Below are positions 1-13,245 of a stretch of 49,207 nucleotides of DNA, one piece after another. The notes below the pieces were generated by a model. That model made no database searches, was not told the DNA's origin, and saw only the letters and a program-made list of their open reading frames with translations. Source of the stretch: Trichoplax sp. H2 (lineage: Eukaryota); the NCBI GenBank assembly GCA_003344405.1, contig NOWV01000024.1:682001-731207 (forward strand), written 5' to 3'. The number at the start of each line of letters is the position of its first letter. The first letter of the stretch is position 1. The translations under genes were made by a program, and so were the position numbers.

Positions 1-131
1 AAAGTAAGCAATTTCATTCCGAGTAATTATACCGAAAGTTACACCATGGAAAAATGCGTAATAAATCTTTGATTGCATGCAGTATGAACTCGGATAGATC
101 AGCCGATTATATTAAAAGGTAATCATGCTAC

Positions 132-3100
132 CTGTTACATTCCGTGTCACACTTGGAGGGCCAAATGTTCCATGAACAGTTGCTGCTCTGATCTAAAGAT
201 TATTCAACATTTTGAAGAATTTAAATTTCAGGAAAATTCAGAAAATTTCATTTCAAGAGTGGTTTATCACGCTCTATTACCTACCGTGACATGAAAGACT
301 GTTCGAACAGGTAATGTACTAATATTATAGAATAAAACGGTATGATCTACTTCGACGATAACATCTTTTTCAAGATCTTCTGCACTTGCATTAAAAGCTT
401 CTTTTAAGCTAAACATAATCAAATATCGACGAATAGCACCATTTGGTAATGTAGGCGGCTTCCAAGATACATGAACTAAGGGATTTCCCTTTTTGCTTTG
501 GGTTTTCACTTTCGTTGGAGGACCAGGAACTACAAAATAGTGAAAGCCATGCATTTTTACGGATAATAAGGGAAATCATAAATTCTTAGTTTACCTACAC
601 TACATCAGTAATAATGCAATAGTTTTTTTTAATGTATCCTATACTACATGATTTTCTTTTTCATTTACCGCCATCTAGTGTCCGAAAGATTACTGTTTCA
701 CAAGGTGTCTTTTTCTGTTTACCATCTACGATATGAATCCATGGCACTACTCGTAATGCATAACTTGTAGCTGGTTTCAAGTTAGTTACCATTAATTGCT
801 TATCTAATGTAATGTTGGCCGTATAAACAGTATAACGACGAAAATTAATATCCTTTAGGCTACAATTAAAACATTCTAAATCAAAAGACATATTCCTTGT
901 AATTTGTTCCTCGATGCGGCTAAATTGTAAGATTGCCGATGTATTTTTAACAGCCAAATAGAACAACTTGCATACGGGCATTGCTATAATAAATATAGTA
1001 AAAATTACAATTAAATTCTAGTCAAATAAGATGATATAATTATGATCCCAATAGAAATATTAAAAAGATGTTAATTAAGTATTTCCTTATAAGTTTTATA
1101 ATACATGTATATATATATATATACTATACTTACTGATACACTCCCCAGATATGTGCAGAATACTATTCTTCAGACATACGCATTCTCTGGCGCCTTTACG
1201 AATAGTTATCATGCTATTTGGACATCGTTCGCACTTTCCGGACGATGGTAATGATTTATAATAATTAAATTTACAATCTAGAATTGAATCATTCAAAGTA
1301 AATTATCTATGGAAAAAGTGGATAAATAGCGTCACCAATATTTATAGTTAATTGCAGTATCTAATATAAAATATTTCATTCTTCTTAGCGGAAGACTTCT
1401 ATGTAGCAATAGATTTGTATCGTAAGTTTGAAATTGTATTTGGGAAAGGACATACTCAAGCATATATTTTACTATCATTAACGACAAAGAATTTAATAAC
1501 TAATTTGAAGCATAATTTTATTACTAGCTGGTATTACCATCCCTGAATTAAGTTTCCAATTACAAAGCACTATACAGTACATCTTACTAACTGGCATTAT
1601 TATTTTAAAAGATTACTAAGCATCATTTTAAGATATAGAAATTCATCATTACTATTTAAAATATGCTATCCTAGCCTACACTCGAGGATCATTAATTAAA
1701 AACATATTATTTGCTGAACAGCATCACAATTGGTCTATATCTCACTATACGGATATTGAAATTATTGTTTGTTAAAAAGTTTTATGCTATTTTGTCAGCT
1801 ATTACGAAATAAGAACTAATATGCGATTATATTATTTACTGAATTGTATCCCAAGATACATCCGTATATTATTTATTCATAGCCCTAAAATTTTATAGTA
1901 ACTTGTTTTTGCAAGTAAGCTATTGCCGAACATTATTTACAATAGTTTAGATCAAGCGAAATAGAATATTATTCACTGGAAAACAAATACTACTGCTTAC
2001 TGATATTATTAATCTAGCAGATTATTCGTTAGAAGATCTTACTATTTCAATAAAGTATAACTGGTGGAATTAGGCGATGCACTTAATATGTACTTTACCA
2101 ACCTTGGCAAGATACGAAAATTCTTTCCCGACCGGCATTACAAGGACAATTATTGACATAATTTGCCCATTTACCATTAGGTTGGCATTCAGCAGTAGTT
2201 TTTAAACCATAAGGAAGATTTGTTGAAGAGCCAGAACATATCCCAGTCACTGTAATACTACCATTCATGGCAGCTGGTGCAACTGTACGCGGAAAGAAAG
2301 CATCCGGGTAGTTCATTAATGGGCAAGCATAATACCAAACAGACACAGCTTCAATTTCGCTACATGTTCCTCTATCTTCAATAGTTAAGTGCATGTTGGC
2401 TAATCTCCATTCTCTTGCAATGAGAAAAGGAATTGGAGTTTGTTGAGGTGACACATTGGAGGTATCACGATATTTATAGGGTTGTGGTATAGTCCGAATT
2501 GGTCGATCTTGATGTTGGCTTTCCACTAAACCTTTAAAAATCTTTAGAACTGCGGTCTAAATAAGAGCAAACGTATGGCATTAAATCCTTCATAATATTT
2601 ACAATTTGAAGGCTGCATCTTATGAAAACATTCATTCATACAGTTATAATTAATTTACATTATGGAACATGTAAGACAGGACATGCAGTATTAGAGAATC
2701 AAAACAAATCGTTGCTTTATATCATCCTTTTCAATCGACAAAAATATCTATACGATTATATAAAATTGATAAATTAAAGTAAAAACAGATCTTACAGTGT
2801 ACGAATCAAGTTTATGCATATAGATATATACTGCAGCATCTTAAGATATGTTTACCTGACAAATATTTCCGTCGATTGGGTCGAATAAAACGCTTGCATA
2901 GATACCTAGACCTGACGCACAGAATCGATTTTGAGGGCAAACTTGTGTATTAGTATATCTGATCTTGATATAAATTTCCTTAGCAGAATTGAGTCCAAAA
3001 TAGGGCGATATAAGCCATGTTCTTTGATTACGTACTTGATTACAAATGTAATAGTATTGTACAACGCCAAGTTGCTTTAATTCAAACTTGGCAAAATGAA

Positions 3101-6100
3101 AAATAAATAATTAATTAATTATACCGAAAGAACTGAATTAGTGATAGTATAACTTTACAATAATACTGCCGATTAACCAGTAAAAATATCTGGAGGAGTA
3201 CCTACTACTGCATTTTCAGACTGCCTTGATAAGTTATTAAATCAGATACGATAGTTCAAGCAATAGAAGATAGCCAATGATTATAAATTTTGATGAAATG
3301 AGCAGCTTGTAATTATATAGTTTATCAGTGGTATACAATAAATATTATCAGATGCAAACTCTTCGATCAATCTGGCTAAAGTCTAGTTACCGGTAATCAA
3401 CAAACAACACAATGAATTTAGCACTGTGTCAATTTAAACTCTACGACAAGGAAACGTATAGTAAAAGTCTGTAAGTAACTAGTGACTTGAACGCCCTTTT
3501 ACTAAAAATTGAACACATACAGTAAAGTACTGTATAGATAGAACTTTTAGTAGCTAAGATACATCTATAACTTTTCAGCGCACAACTCAACTCAAACGTT
3601 TCCGTTTATATAGAAACCGACTAATTCGTAAACAACAGTATTATTGTTATACCTTACCAAAAGAGACATTTCGAACTGAGATGTTCCTTACATAGTTTTA
3701 CTGCCAGTAAATATTTTTAATCTGTTACTCATACTTAATCCTAACCTAAGCATATATATTGTCTAATTCAATTATCAATAGCTAGAACTTTAATCATCTT
3801 ACTACTATCTATGCACGGTAACAATCAATGTCAAATGTGTCATAAACTATCACAAATAATATCCACGTTAAGGCTTTACTTATCTTACATAGCACTGCAA
3901 ATATGGATATTTTCCGTATTAGCTACTACTGCATTTATTAAACTATTTTAACGGTAAGGTAACACCATAACAAGCACTTAAATAGAAATCTACTTTTCAA
4001 GAAGAATTTGCTTCAGTACCAATTATTGACTAGCAAGATATACTGATATGCATCATGATTACTCTTAGACTTTTCGAAAAGCTGTTCTGAATTAGATACA
4101 GTTAGCTAGCGCTAAAAATAGTAACATGTCTTGTATCAACTAAAAAATACCTTCAGCTTGCTATTTTAATAAAAAATTGATATGAAAGCAAATATAATAT
4201 ACCTTGTAAACTAATATAAGAACGTATGAAGTTGTCATGATTTACTTGTATTAATATCTTCCACTTTAACAAACATGATCCAGCATAAGTAGATATATCT
4301 ATTTGTCACAGAGTAACCTTTACATAGCTATCGTGACATATTTTTCATATAACAGCTTCTCCAAGAATGAGTTAATATTAATTTATCTATGATATTTCAT
4401 ATATTTTTAATAGACAGCTGCATAATTGTATAATATATTGTATAAACTGATGATGAAAGTTGATTTAATTCACTATTAATGGGCTTATTTTTCAATAAAG
4501 TTTAGGTTTCAATTTGACTAACTAGATCCTAGTGTAGTTATTGTTCTTTTTGACAAATTTTAATACAGAAATTAATACACAAGAATATGCGTATCTACAT
4601 GGTACTGGTAATCAGTTGTAAGCTCTTTATAATTTCTTTACGTTATTGTGAGTAATGGGCATTAAATTATCAGTATAAGATAAAGATTACCTACGGTAGA
4701 CTATTTGGAATAGGGTTCAGTCCCGAAATTAATGTAGTTCGTGAGTGTAAAATTCTTCTAATAATAGAAATAACTAACTTTCAAAATCCCCAATGGAACA
4801 AATACTGTCTGCAACTAACTGATAAACCTTGCGTGAGAATTAAATCCATCATATAGCAGACATTTTTAAGAAGCAAGAAAGCATCACCCGATAAACATTA
4901 TTCGTCATAAACTCATCATATTTACTATGATTCAATATTCATAAATTATAGTAGAAATGGTAACACTGAGTATTAATTAGAAAGTAGCCTTGAACTTTTC
5001 AATAGTTCAGCAGCGAATTGGCTAGAAATACTAATAAAGTTTATTTAGTGTACTCCACATAGTTTACCTTGACTGAATCCCCTTGGTTACTGTTAACGTT
5101 GACAGGGCAATTTTGCCACTGATTCCATGGTGGCCGATTTGCAGTTTGGTAGCCACTTTGTAGCAGAAAGACTAATGGAGAAAATAATATAAATATATAT
5201 GTAAATCTATCAAAAATTATACAGTGTTTGGATAAAGTTTTTAAGTGTTCTAATTAAATAAAATATTGAACGAGATAATGGCATTGATCTTTCGTATTCT
5301 GGTATCCTATCGATTCTTAAACTGTTTGTTAACATTAGCTAAATCTGATAATTTAATCTTCGAAAATATTGATTATTGTATCTTCCCTTAATGTCGATAT
5401 TTGGATTGTATCAGTCATACCAGTTAGACCCATACCTGTACCGTTACCCACATTTAAGAATACCAATTGAAATACCTTACAGCGATATTTGATTTCATTT
5501 TAAAGCAACCCCATTTCTTTCTATAATCTTCGTGTTTTATGAAATTGAATATGACTGTTCATTATTAATATTTTTAACGATATCCTCAAATTTGTGTAGT
5601 TTTATAGTTATATCTATTATTATTTTAGACAACGACAATCGCTGTTACTATTAATATCTAAGTCGTGTCTGCAAAAGCAATTAAAAGTTTTTTCCTTCTG
5701 GCTATACTCTTATTTTGAAGTATAGACTAGAACTACTTCGTTTAGATATTTATTAATGTCCGTAATATGATATTATCTATTTCACCATATTTATTAGGAC
5801 ACTTAGGGTCGATATTTTAATCATTTTCTTCCTCTATCCAATTCTTCAAGTTTATACTATAATCATCTTTCATACATAAGAAAGGTAATTCGATTTCTGT
5901 ACGCAATAATTCACCCTCTTTATAAAGTCTTTCAAGACTTTTGGTTACCAGAGTTTTATAGCTATGGTAACATCAATCCATTTCTATTAGTAGCAACTAA
6001 TTTCATCTTAGAATATCGGCCAGGATTTCTGCTAGTGTTATATTTAAATTATGAAATATGAAGTACTTTCCAAACTTATTGAACAACATTTTGATAACCA

Positions 6101-7175
6101 TGATGAATTGATTTCCTATTTGCACATGAATGTAAAAAATACTACAGACTTGAACTAACTGCTATAACCGAAATAAACAAATCAAATTTAGCTTGTACAA
6201 ATAGATTTGGATATATGCTAGTTGTGATCTACAGTTTATGCATAAAAGAATCTTTCATTAAAACATATATGCCTGATTTAAATCAAGGAAGTAACAGGTA
6301 TCCATGAGCTGAAAATATCAATTAAATGACGGAAGAAGCCTCTTCATAGCCTTAATTCATATAGAATCCCTCGCTGTGCATAATATTGCTATTTTAAGAT
6401 GGGAATTAGGTAGGGACTAGTGTAGATGTATAGCATTATAGTTTAAGTATCATATTATACGGATACTTTGCTTCCACTAGCTACTTGTATATAAGCATCT
6501 ACTATCAACGATTATAAAGAGTATATTCTAGCTGTAATAATCGCCAAGTTTGCTATTAGTTTGTATACATTTGTCTGAAGATTTTAATTAGCTAAAAATA
6601 GTATCGAAATTTCAAAAGTCTTGCTTTAATTTCAACTCAACGCTAAATTAACTGTTCCCATGCCTTCTATATACGACATATCAATGATAAATGGCGTTTC
6701 AATATTTCCTTTCTATCATTTTCATAACTTTAAAATAAAAGGAATGGACTATGTCTATTTGTAGACAAGTTATGAAATATGTTGCGCGTTGTTGATGGTA
6801 ATTCTGTAAACTCTACATTGATGTAATTGCTTGAATGGAGCGTCAATGATGATCTATTTTACGCAAAGTTTTCAACTAACTTTAACAATATTGAGCAAAC
6901 AGCAAAGATTTTATTCTTAGATGTCTTATCGTTATCATTAAGGTAAAAAAAATTAATCCTTATTTAAAAATAAGCGCTGAAAACAGTAGTATATGATAAT
7001 TCCTTAGCAAACATAGTCTTGAGTTTCATTTATTTAAGGTTTAATAAAGGGAAAAGTTTTTACGCATACTATACGTAGTCATAAAAGGACACAATAATAA
7101 ATCGTAAATGAACGAACCTTGATCTCCTAGACAGCAAATGGAACAGAAAGAGAGTAATAGTATTAAAATCCACAT
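132..7175 (-). CDS. Eph-receptor-like type I membrane protein, paralog 1 (ectodomain; 3' end runs off the window)
   Basis: Phase-consistent GT-AG exons: 7175-7118 (signal peptide MWILILLLSFCSICCLGDQ); 5171-5068; 3086-2856 (YYICNQVRNQRTWLISPYF..AKEIYIKIRY, Eph ligand-binding domain-like); 2556-2103 (LTIEDRGTCSEIEAVSVWYYACP..AFFPRT..CQPNGKW..CPCNAG, LBD end plus sushi); 1277-1134 (CKFNYYKS..CERCP, Cys-rich/EGF-like); 983-669 (FN3, TNLKPATSY); 529-285 and 192-132 (FN3, WKPPTLPNGAIRRY..IRAAT). About 537 codons lie in the window. Confidence 0.85.
5320..6030 (+). pseudogene. Probable heavily decayed class A GPCR remnant, antisense in intron 1 of Eph-like paralog 1
   Basis: Ordered fragments in shifting frames: NCLLTLAKSD (TM2-like, 5320), LDPYL..VTH (DRY-like, ~5424), FIRTLRVDILIIFFLYPIL (TM6-like, 5790), YSYGNINPFLLVATN..EYRPGF (TM7/helix-8-like, 5957-6028). 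Many stops and frameshifts. Confidence 0.4.
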
Positions 7176-8201
7176 TCCAAAATAATCAATCTTTCGCCAA
7201 TCGGTAATCCGTTCATTTAAGAGTTAACATGGCCGCAATACTCACATTACAATCGATAAACTACTGACAGCGATCGAAAATAACTCCAAAGATTTTGATC
7301 GTCTTTGTTCATTCAAAGCTATTAAAAGAGCATATGCTCGGAGTACTAATCCAATTGCTATAATTATAATTAGTTCCTTATTTATAGAAATATCTTTATA
7401 CTATAGGCGCTATGTCATGCTATCAAATAAAATATTCGTGATATATTTCTTTCCTTACCGTCACATAAAGATAAATTTACAACAGTAATTATCAATGGCT
7501 TATAAACTGTGTACTTTAATCCCTTCCAACCAATTCTATCGAATTGATTTACAATCGTACGTTATTTCAGGTAATTTTCCACTTGCGAATATTTCTCTAA
7601 TCTAATACGATAACTTAATTTTACCCAATTGTAAAGAATTACGCAGTTAAACAAATTAAATGTCTGTAATGCTCTCATACTGTACAACGATCCAGCTGAT
7701 GCTATAAATCCCCATTCTCAGAGATAAATATTACTATAATTTCTTTGTATTTCTATCTAAAAATCTAACTATAATCTGCAACACTTTTTTCGTTTACCAA
7801 GCTACGATAAAAGTGGATTCTATTTCTGAATAGCTCAGTGATAATACAAAATCGAACTATACGATGATGACATGAATGATGCAAGCAAATAAGATATTTA
7901 ATTTAATTACATGTTTTTCATAGCTGATTTATCATTGAAATATTGTAACATATTGCTGGAAATACAAACGATACCTAGAATCATATTATGATCAAATTAG
8001 CCAAATTGAAAGTAACATAGTGATAAATAAAGCTATTCCTATACTTTTACGCTACCATCGCAAAATAGATATACTCCTAGGGCCAATAATTCAAGGCATT
8101 TGCTCTGTCTAAATTCAACCAGACATTGCATGGAGACAAAATTTAATATTCTTAATTGCTATTGAAATTATTGTTGGAAAGATTGAAAAATAGGCTTGGA
8201 A
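7176..8201. promoter_or_regulatory. Putative shared bidirectional promoter of the two Eph-like genes
   Basis: 1026 bp separate the divergent ATGs at 7175 (-) and 8202 (+). Function is inferred from geometry only. Confidence 0.5.
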
Positions 8202-11200
8202 ATGGTATTAATTTTGGGCTATATTCTTCAGTACTTTTTCTTATCCATTACTCTAACACGTAGTGAACAAGGTAAATGTTAGAATTTCTGTTTATTCTAT
8301 AACATAGCTATTATTGATTGTCATTTAAAATGGAGCGACTGCTAGAGAATTTCATTATATTAATACTGTAATCATAGGCAAACGATGTAATCTTATTTTA
8401 CCGATGGTCGATATAGCTAGTAAATTTAAAGAATATCCAGCTATGGTATTTTAACATGTACTTTCTATAAATTGCCGACTTAAAATTACAGAATGGCCAA
8501 TCTTTGTAATAGAACCAGTACACAATAATTTCTGAATATACTAAAATCTTCTATAATAAAAGTTATCATATCTTATTTTTACCAGATCTAAGATCAGTTA
8601 ACTAAGTTACTAGCCGGCAAAAGTATCAGAATTACAAATGATTGCTTTCTCTTTCAATACTATCTATGAACTGTAATAATAAATTATCATTTAGTATATG
8701 AACCCATAATTAAAATAAAATTGGTAGTTGGCAATCCTATTTCTTGCGTACCATTTGGCGGACAATTTATCCTTTTGTGCTATTTGCTGGTCATAATTTA
8801 TTTTAGTAATAGTCACCAAATTTAATATTACAAAGCGATTGCCTGTTAAGTTTGGCGATGCTCTTTACAAAAACAACATAAGAGATATCAAGTTCATATT
8901 TTTTTTGAAAGGAAACAAGTGAAAGATAATCAAGTCTTTTGCTTACACCCAAACTAATACTTACGAATGACTTTAATGGATAAAACAAGAAAGTAAACTT
9001 TTCTACAGATATTCTGAGCACACTAAAACTTTAGTTGGTTGATTTTCATTAATGAATAGTCTAGTAAGCAATTACTCTTCTATTTTGATGCTCCTAACAA
9101 ATCAAGCTGTGACAAAATTTGCCAATACTTATTTGTAATAACCACAGTGGAAGGCATTGATATCGTAGACCTACTCTATTAAACTAATCACTTAGTTTGA
9201 TAGGCTAATAAATTAAGAGGTGACGAGAAATGACAGGCAATCACCATTTTCTTTCATAGCTTTTTACAATTAACTTGATAATCGAAATAGTAGGATATTA
9301 CGAACTGATAATTGTATAAAATAATTTAACTTTTAGCCATTTTTAGTCTCTCATTTAGTTTGGTTAGCTAATATATTAGCAGGTGGAGAGAAAGAACTGT
9401 ACAAAATCACCTATTGCTTTCGAAACTCATTTACGATAAACTTGATGATTACTTATTTTAGGATATTGCAAATTGATAAATTAACTTTTAGCAATTTATA
9501 GTCTATTTATTAGACACAGCAGTAAGCGAATATCAATGGTCTCGATGGCAAAGCTGTTCCGAGGAAGTATTAACAAATCAAACGGTACTTTAGCACCTAG
9601 ACGATAGCAATAGTAGTCAATTGTGCTGTTTAAGTTGATAAGTTTATATTGCAAAACATGTATTAAACTCTTTCTTTCTAATTTGTAGAACAACAATGAC
9701 CAATTATCATGGCAGTTAGACAATTCGATCTATATGTGCGATTATTCTTCTGACCAAATTTCTTGGTTGATATCACCAACCTTCGCTGTATTACCCAATA
9801 AGAAAACTACAGTTCATATCCAATATATTAAAGCTCCTAATATCACCGTCGGTGATGATAGCATTCCAGAATTGCAAGCCATTGTTGTCCCTTTAGCTAA
9901 AGTTTCTGAAAGCCAATTCTGTCAGGTAGGTGTTTTAATAGTTTATTGGCATGCTATTTCATGGATTAATCTCGATTTTAGTAAACTAAGCTTAATTTTT
10001 TGGAGTTTTTCTGTTTCTAAAGCATAGTTTAGAAATCTTAAAGTCTTCCTAATGCATTCAATACTTTTTATGCTTGGCTTCAATCCCTTCAATTTGTTAA
10101 TTCACAAATTTTATGTAGGACTATAAACCGATAGCGATATTGCTACCAGCCTGTGCTAATCATTTATAACTGTCATTAAATATCTTGTAGCAAACCAGCC
10201 AAGTTAGTGATAAATATATTCAACTGAAAAGGGAATCAAATATTGCTACTGAGTTAGCTCTAGAAAAGGAAAAGAATTTAAAAAATCACGCGCATCATTT
10301 ACAAAATGTCGAAGAGATGGATATGGACATTAAATCGACGCCAAAGCTTGTTTATGCTCGTTTAATAATTCAAAATAATCGTTCATGCAGTCAAGTTAAT
10401 TCCGTTAGAATAATCAATACCGTCTGTGAAAAAATTATTGCCGAAGGAGCAATATTTCCTGAAAGCAACCCTCCTTCTGTTCAAAATGGTCCAAAATTAG
10501 TCATAGGCCATTGCACAGGATCGGTAGTGGCTAATGTATCGAAACCAGTAGCATGGTGTCAACCCGATGGAAATTGGAGTCATTTTATTAATGCTTGTCG
10601 CTGCCCTCGTGGTAAGGAGCGCAGGCAGCAATATTGTGTCAGTAAGTTATCATATTATCAACGTAGAAATATCGTTTGAACCTAAATCTCAATGTCATAA
10701 TAATCTTGAAATATGTTACTATCTTTGGATAGAATGCCAGATAAACTACTACAAGCCCAATTCTTCTGCTTTACCTTGTTTACCATGTCCAGCTAATACT
10801 TCGACTACAGTAAGAGGATCCGTCAAATGTATTTGCAATTCCAAGCAAATTAAACTAAACTCTCAGCTGCCTTGCCAACGTAAGACCTATTATACCAGCT
10901 TTATAGATCTATACCATATTAAATTAGCAAAGCCAAGATGATGTCAAAATTATAGTCGATTTGCTTAGCCAATAATCTAGTTTTATGAACGTTTAAACGT
11001 AAAAATTTTAATCACTAAAATTAGCCATTTTTTGGTTAGTACACTGCATCTCTTCCTTCTACGGTAATAATACATCTTTCACTTCCTATAAAATAGTAGG
11101 ACTACCAGTCAGCTTATTTTGAGGAGGATTATGCTTATAACAAAATGCTGTCCTTTCTCATATACACAGTACAATAACTATTTAACATGTTATGTAAATT

Positions 11201-13215
11201 ATTTGTAGCTTAAACTAAAATACAATACCATAAATTCGATCCTATTCTAGTCTCAGACATAATTTTAAATCATACTATTATTTTCGTGATGGCAAATTAC
11301 AAAATCTAGCTATTCCTAAATGCAAAGTCAGATTTTCCTCAGCCAATACCAGCAGCTTAATCCAAGTTTTGAGCTTTGGATCCAGGAAAACAAGAGCTAT
11401 GACATTTCGATTGCAGTGTCGGAATTGCTCAGTATCTGGAATCCAATACAATCGTAATTTAAAACTAAAGACTAGGATAAAAATAAATTTCCTCCTTCCA
11501 AATGCAATGTACGTGATTAAAATTTCGCCTATCGTTATTGCGAATGGTAAAAAATACCTAAAAATGCCTTGTGCCACCTTGAAGATAAAAACAAAAGATG
11601 GAGGTAAGCTTAATAAAAGAATCAGCCATTCTTTTTGCTATTTATAAATAATTAACTCATAATTTCTCTTATTTCCATGTTATAAAATATGAATTCAAGC
11701 CTAGAGATTAAAAATTTATGCATATCTTTATGATTAATTAGTTCCTGGAGCACCACGCCAAGTTCATGTACTACAGGATAAATTCTATCCATTAATCTAC
11801 ATTACCTGGAAACCTCCGAGAGTATCTAATGGGCTAATCATAAAATATCGAATACTTTGCCGTCGTCTACTAGAAAATCATGCTACGTTATCTACTCTAG
11901 CCAAAGAAGAAATATTTGTGCAAGAAGTTGACGGAGTTGTTCAATTTGCTAATATCTCACATCTGAGACCAAGATCTCACTACTCGATCACGGTAAATTT
12001 AGCTATAGCATTAATATCACATTTTAATTATAGTAATCAGCAGCATTTTAATTTGATCGTAGATTAGCGCCACCACGAAATTAGGACTATATGGACCACA
12101 AAGCTATCCAGCGTTTATCCGTAAGAAATAAATTTGCAGAAACTTTACAGTATACTGCAAATGAGTTGGCCAGTATAACTGCTTTTAAAATTTGCGATGT
12201 TGCATAAGTTCTTTACAAAATGCCCATAAACGCTGTTGAAAATATCTTTGCTTCCAGAAATGATTAAATTTTTAAATAATATTTACGATTTCAATTTTCT
12301 TATTTGACTTATTAGAAACTTTTTTGCTTCATGATATTAGCTTCAATTATGCCTTTGATGTATTAAGCATTAATATTAATTCAATTTATAGACATAGGAC
12401 CAGTAATTTCTGATGATACCAAAACAGATGCTATTCGTCTATCCCTGGCTCCCTTGATTATCGGAGGATTTACTGCCGGAGCTATGCTTATTGCTGTCCT
12501 TATTGTGATATTAAAGTTTGGCGGCATACCAAAGTAAGACTTGTCGACTGTGATTCAATTTGAAATACAACTTTAAATTTAGCCTTTGCCATTTGAATTT
12601 TTGAATACTTTTGACTGAATTATGGAGCTAACTATTACGTTCATTACTCGGTAGAATATAACCTGAAAACATCAGGTTGTGTTGATAAGTGGGATAAACT
12701 AGCCATAATTTTTGTAATATTCTACAAGTAGGTTTTCTCTGAATGATGGATTAAGCGCTATTTGTCGAAATTACTGTAAGTTTCTTGATTGCGTATACGC
12801 TTAAAACGCCGTAGTGATTCTATTGCGTAAAATTTTTATGGTCTAGAAATTTTACCGATCTAGGCCTCGTTTCTGAAATAATTCAAGGATTGTTTTGTTA
12901 TAATTAAGAACTGTGACTAGTGACATTAAAAAATACTCCTTCGCTTTGTAGGGATTAATAATTATTGTTGCTGCTGTAGAAGGCGATCAGCTTTTTCCGA
13001 TACTAGCGATAAAAATGAATTAGGTATTAGCAAGATATAACAATACGATCACTTCCTTGCGATTATGAAGTGATTATCTAAGCCTTCTTCAGAATATGTT
13101 AAAATAGTGAAGCTAGCATAAATATATCCAGGCCTATTAGAAACAGCTAACTTCTATTTCTTTATTTTATTAACAATTATTAGATGAAACTGATCTGGAA
13201 GACACTATCATTTAG
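8202..13215 (+). CDS. Eph-receptor-like type I membrane protein lacking kinase/SAM domains, paralog 2 (626 aa model)
   Basis: 12 phase-consistent exons: 8202-8271 (signal peptide), 9502-9584 (VYLLDT), 9689-9925, 10191-10641 (LBD plus sushi), 10733-10879 (Cys-rich), 11310-11603, 11742-11992, 12063-12120 (2x FN3), 12392-12533 (TM LAPLIIGGFTAGAMLIAVLIVIL), 12732-12775, 12952-13023 (NNYCCCCRRR), 13184-13215 (DETDLEDTII-stop). Total 1881 nt. Confidence 0.85.
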
Positions 13216-13239
13216 AACTTTTAGGCAAAATCAAAAGCT

Positions 13240-13245
13240 AATAAA
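13240..13245 (+). terminator. Candidate polyadenylation signal of Eph-like paralog 2
   Basis: AATAAA about 25 nt after the TAG stop. The motif is common by chance in AT-rich DNA. Confidence 0.35.

Noticed and set aside
4690..4900. Minus-strand YIN/SGLNPI fragment resembling GPCR TM7
   Set aside because: Needs a frameshift and has little supporting upstream sequence before the exon at 5068; too weak to call.
8130..8165. 11-codon upstream ORF before the Eph-like paralog 2 ATG
   Set aside because: The transcription start is unknown and short ORFs are expected by chance.
9359..9501. Alternative acceptor and open frame upstream of exon 2 of paralog 2
   Set aside because: The frame ends in a stop and lacks the LLDT and WxxWQxC motifs that support 9502-9584.
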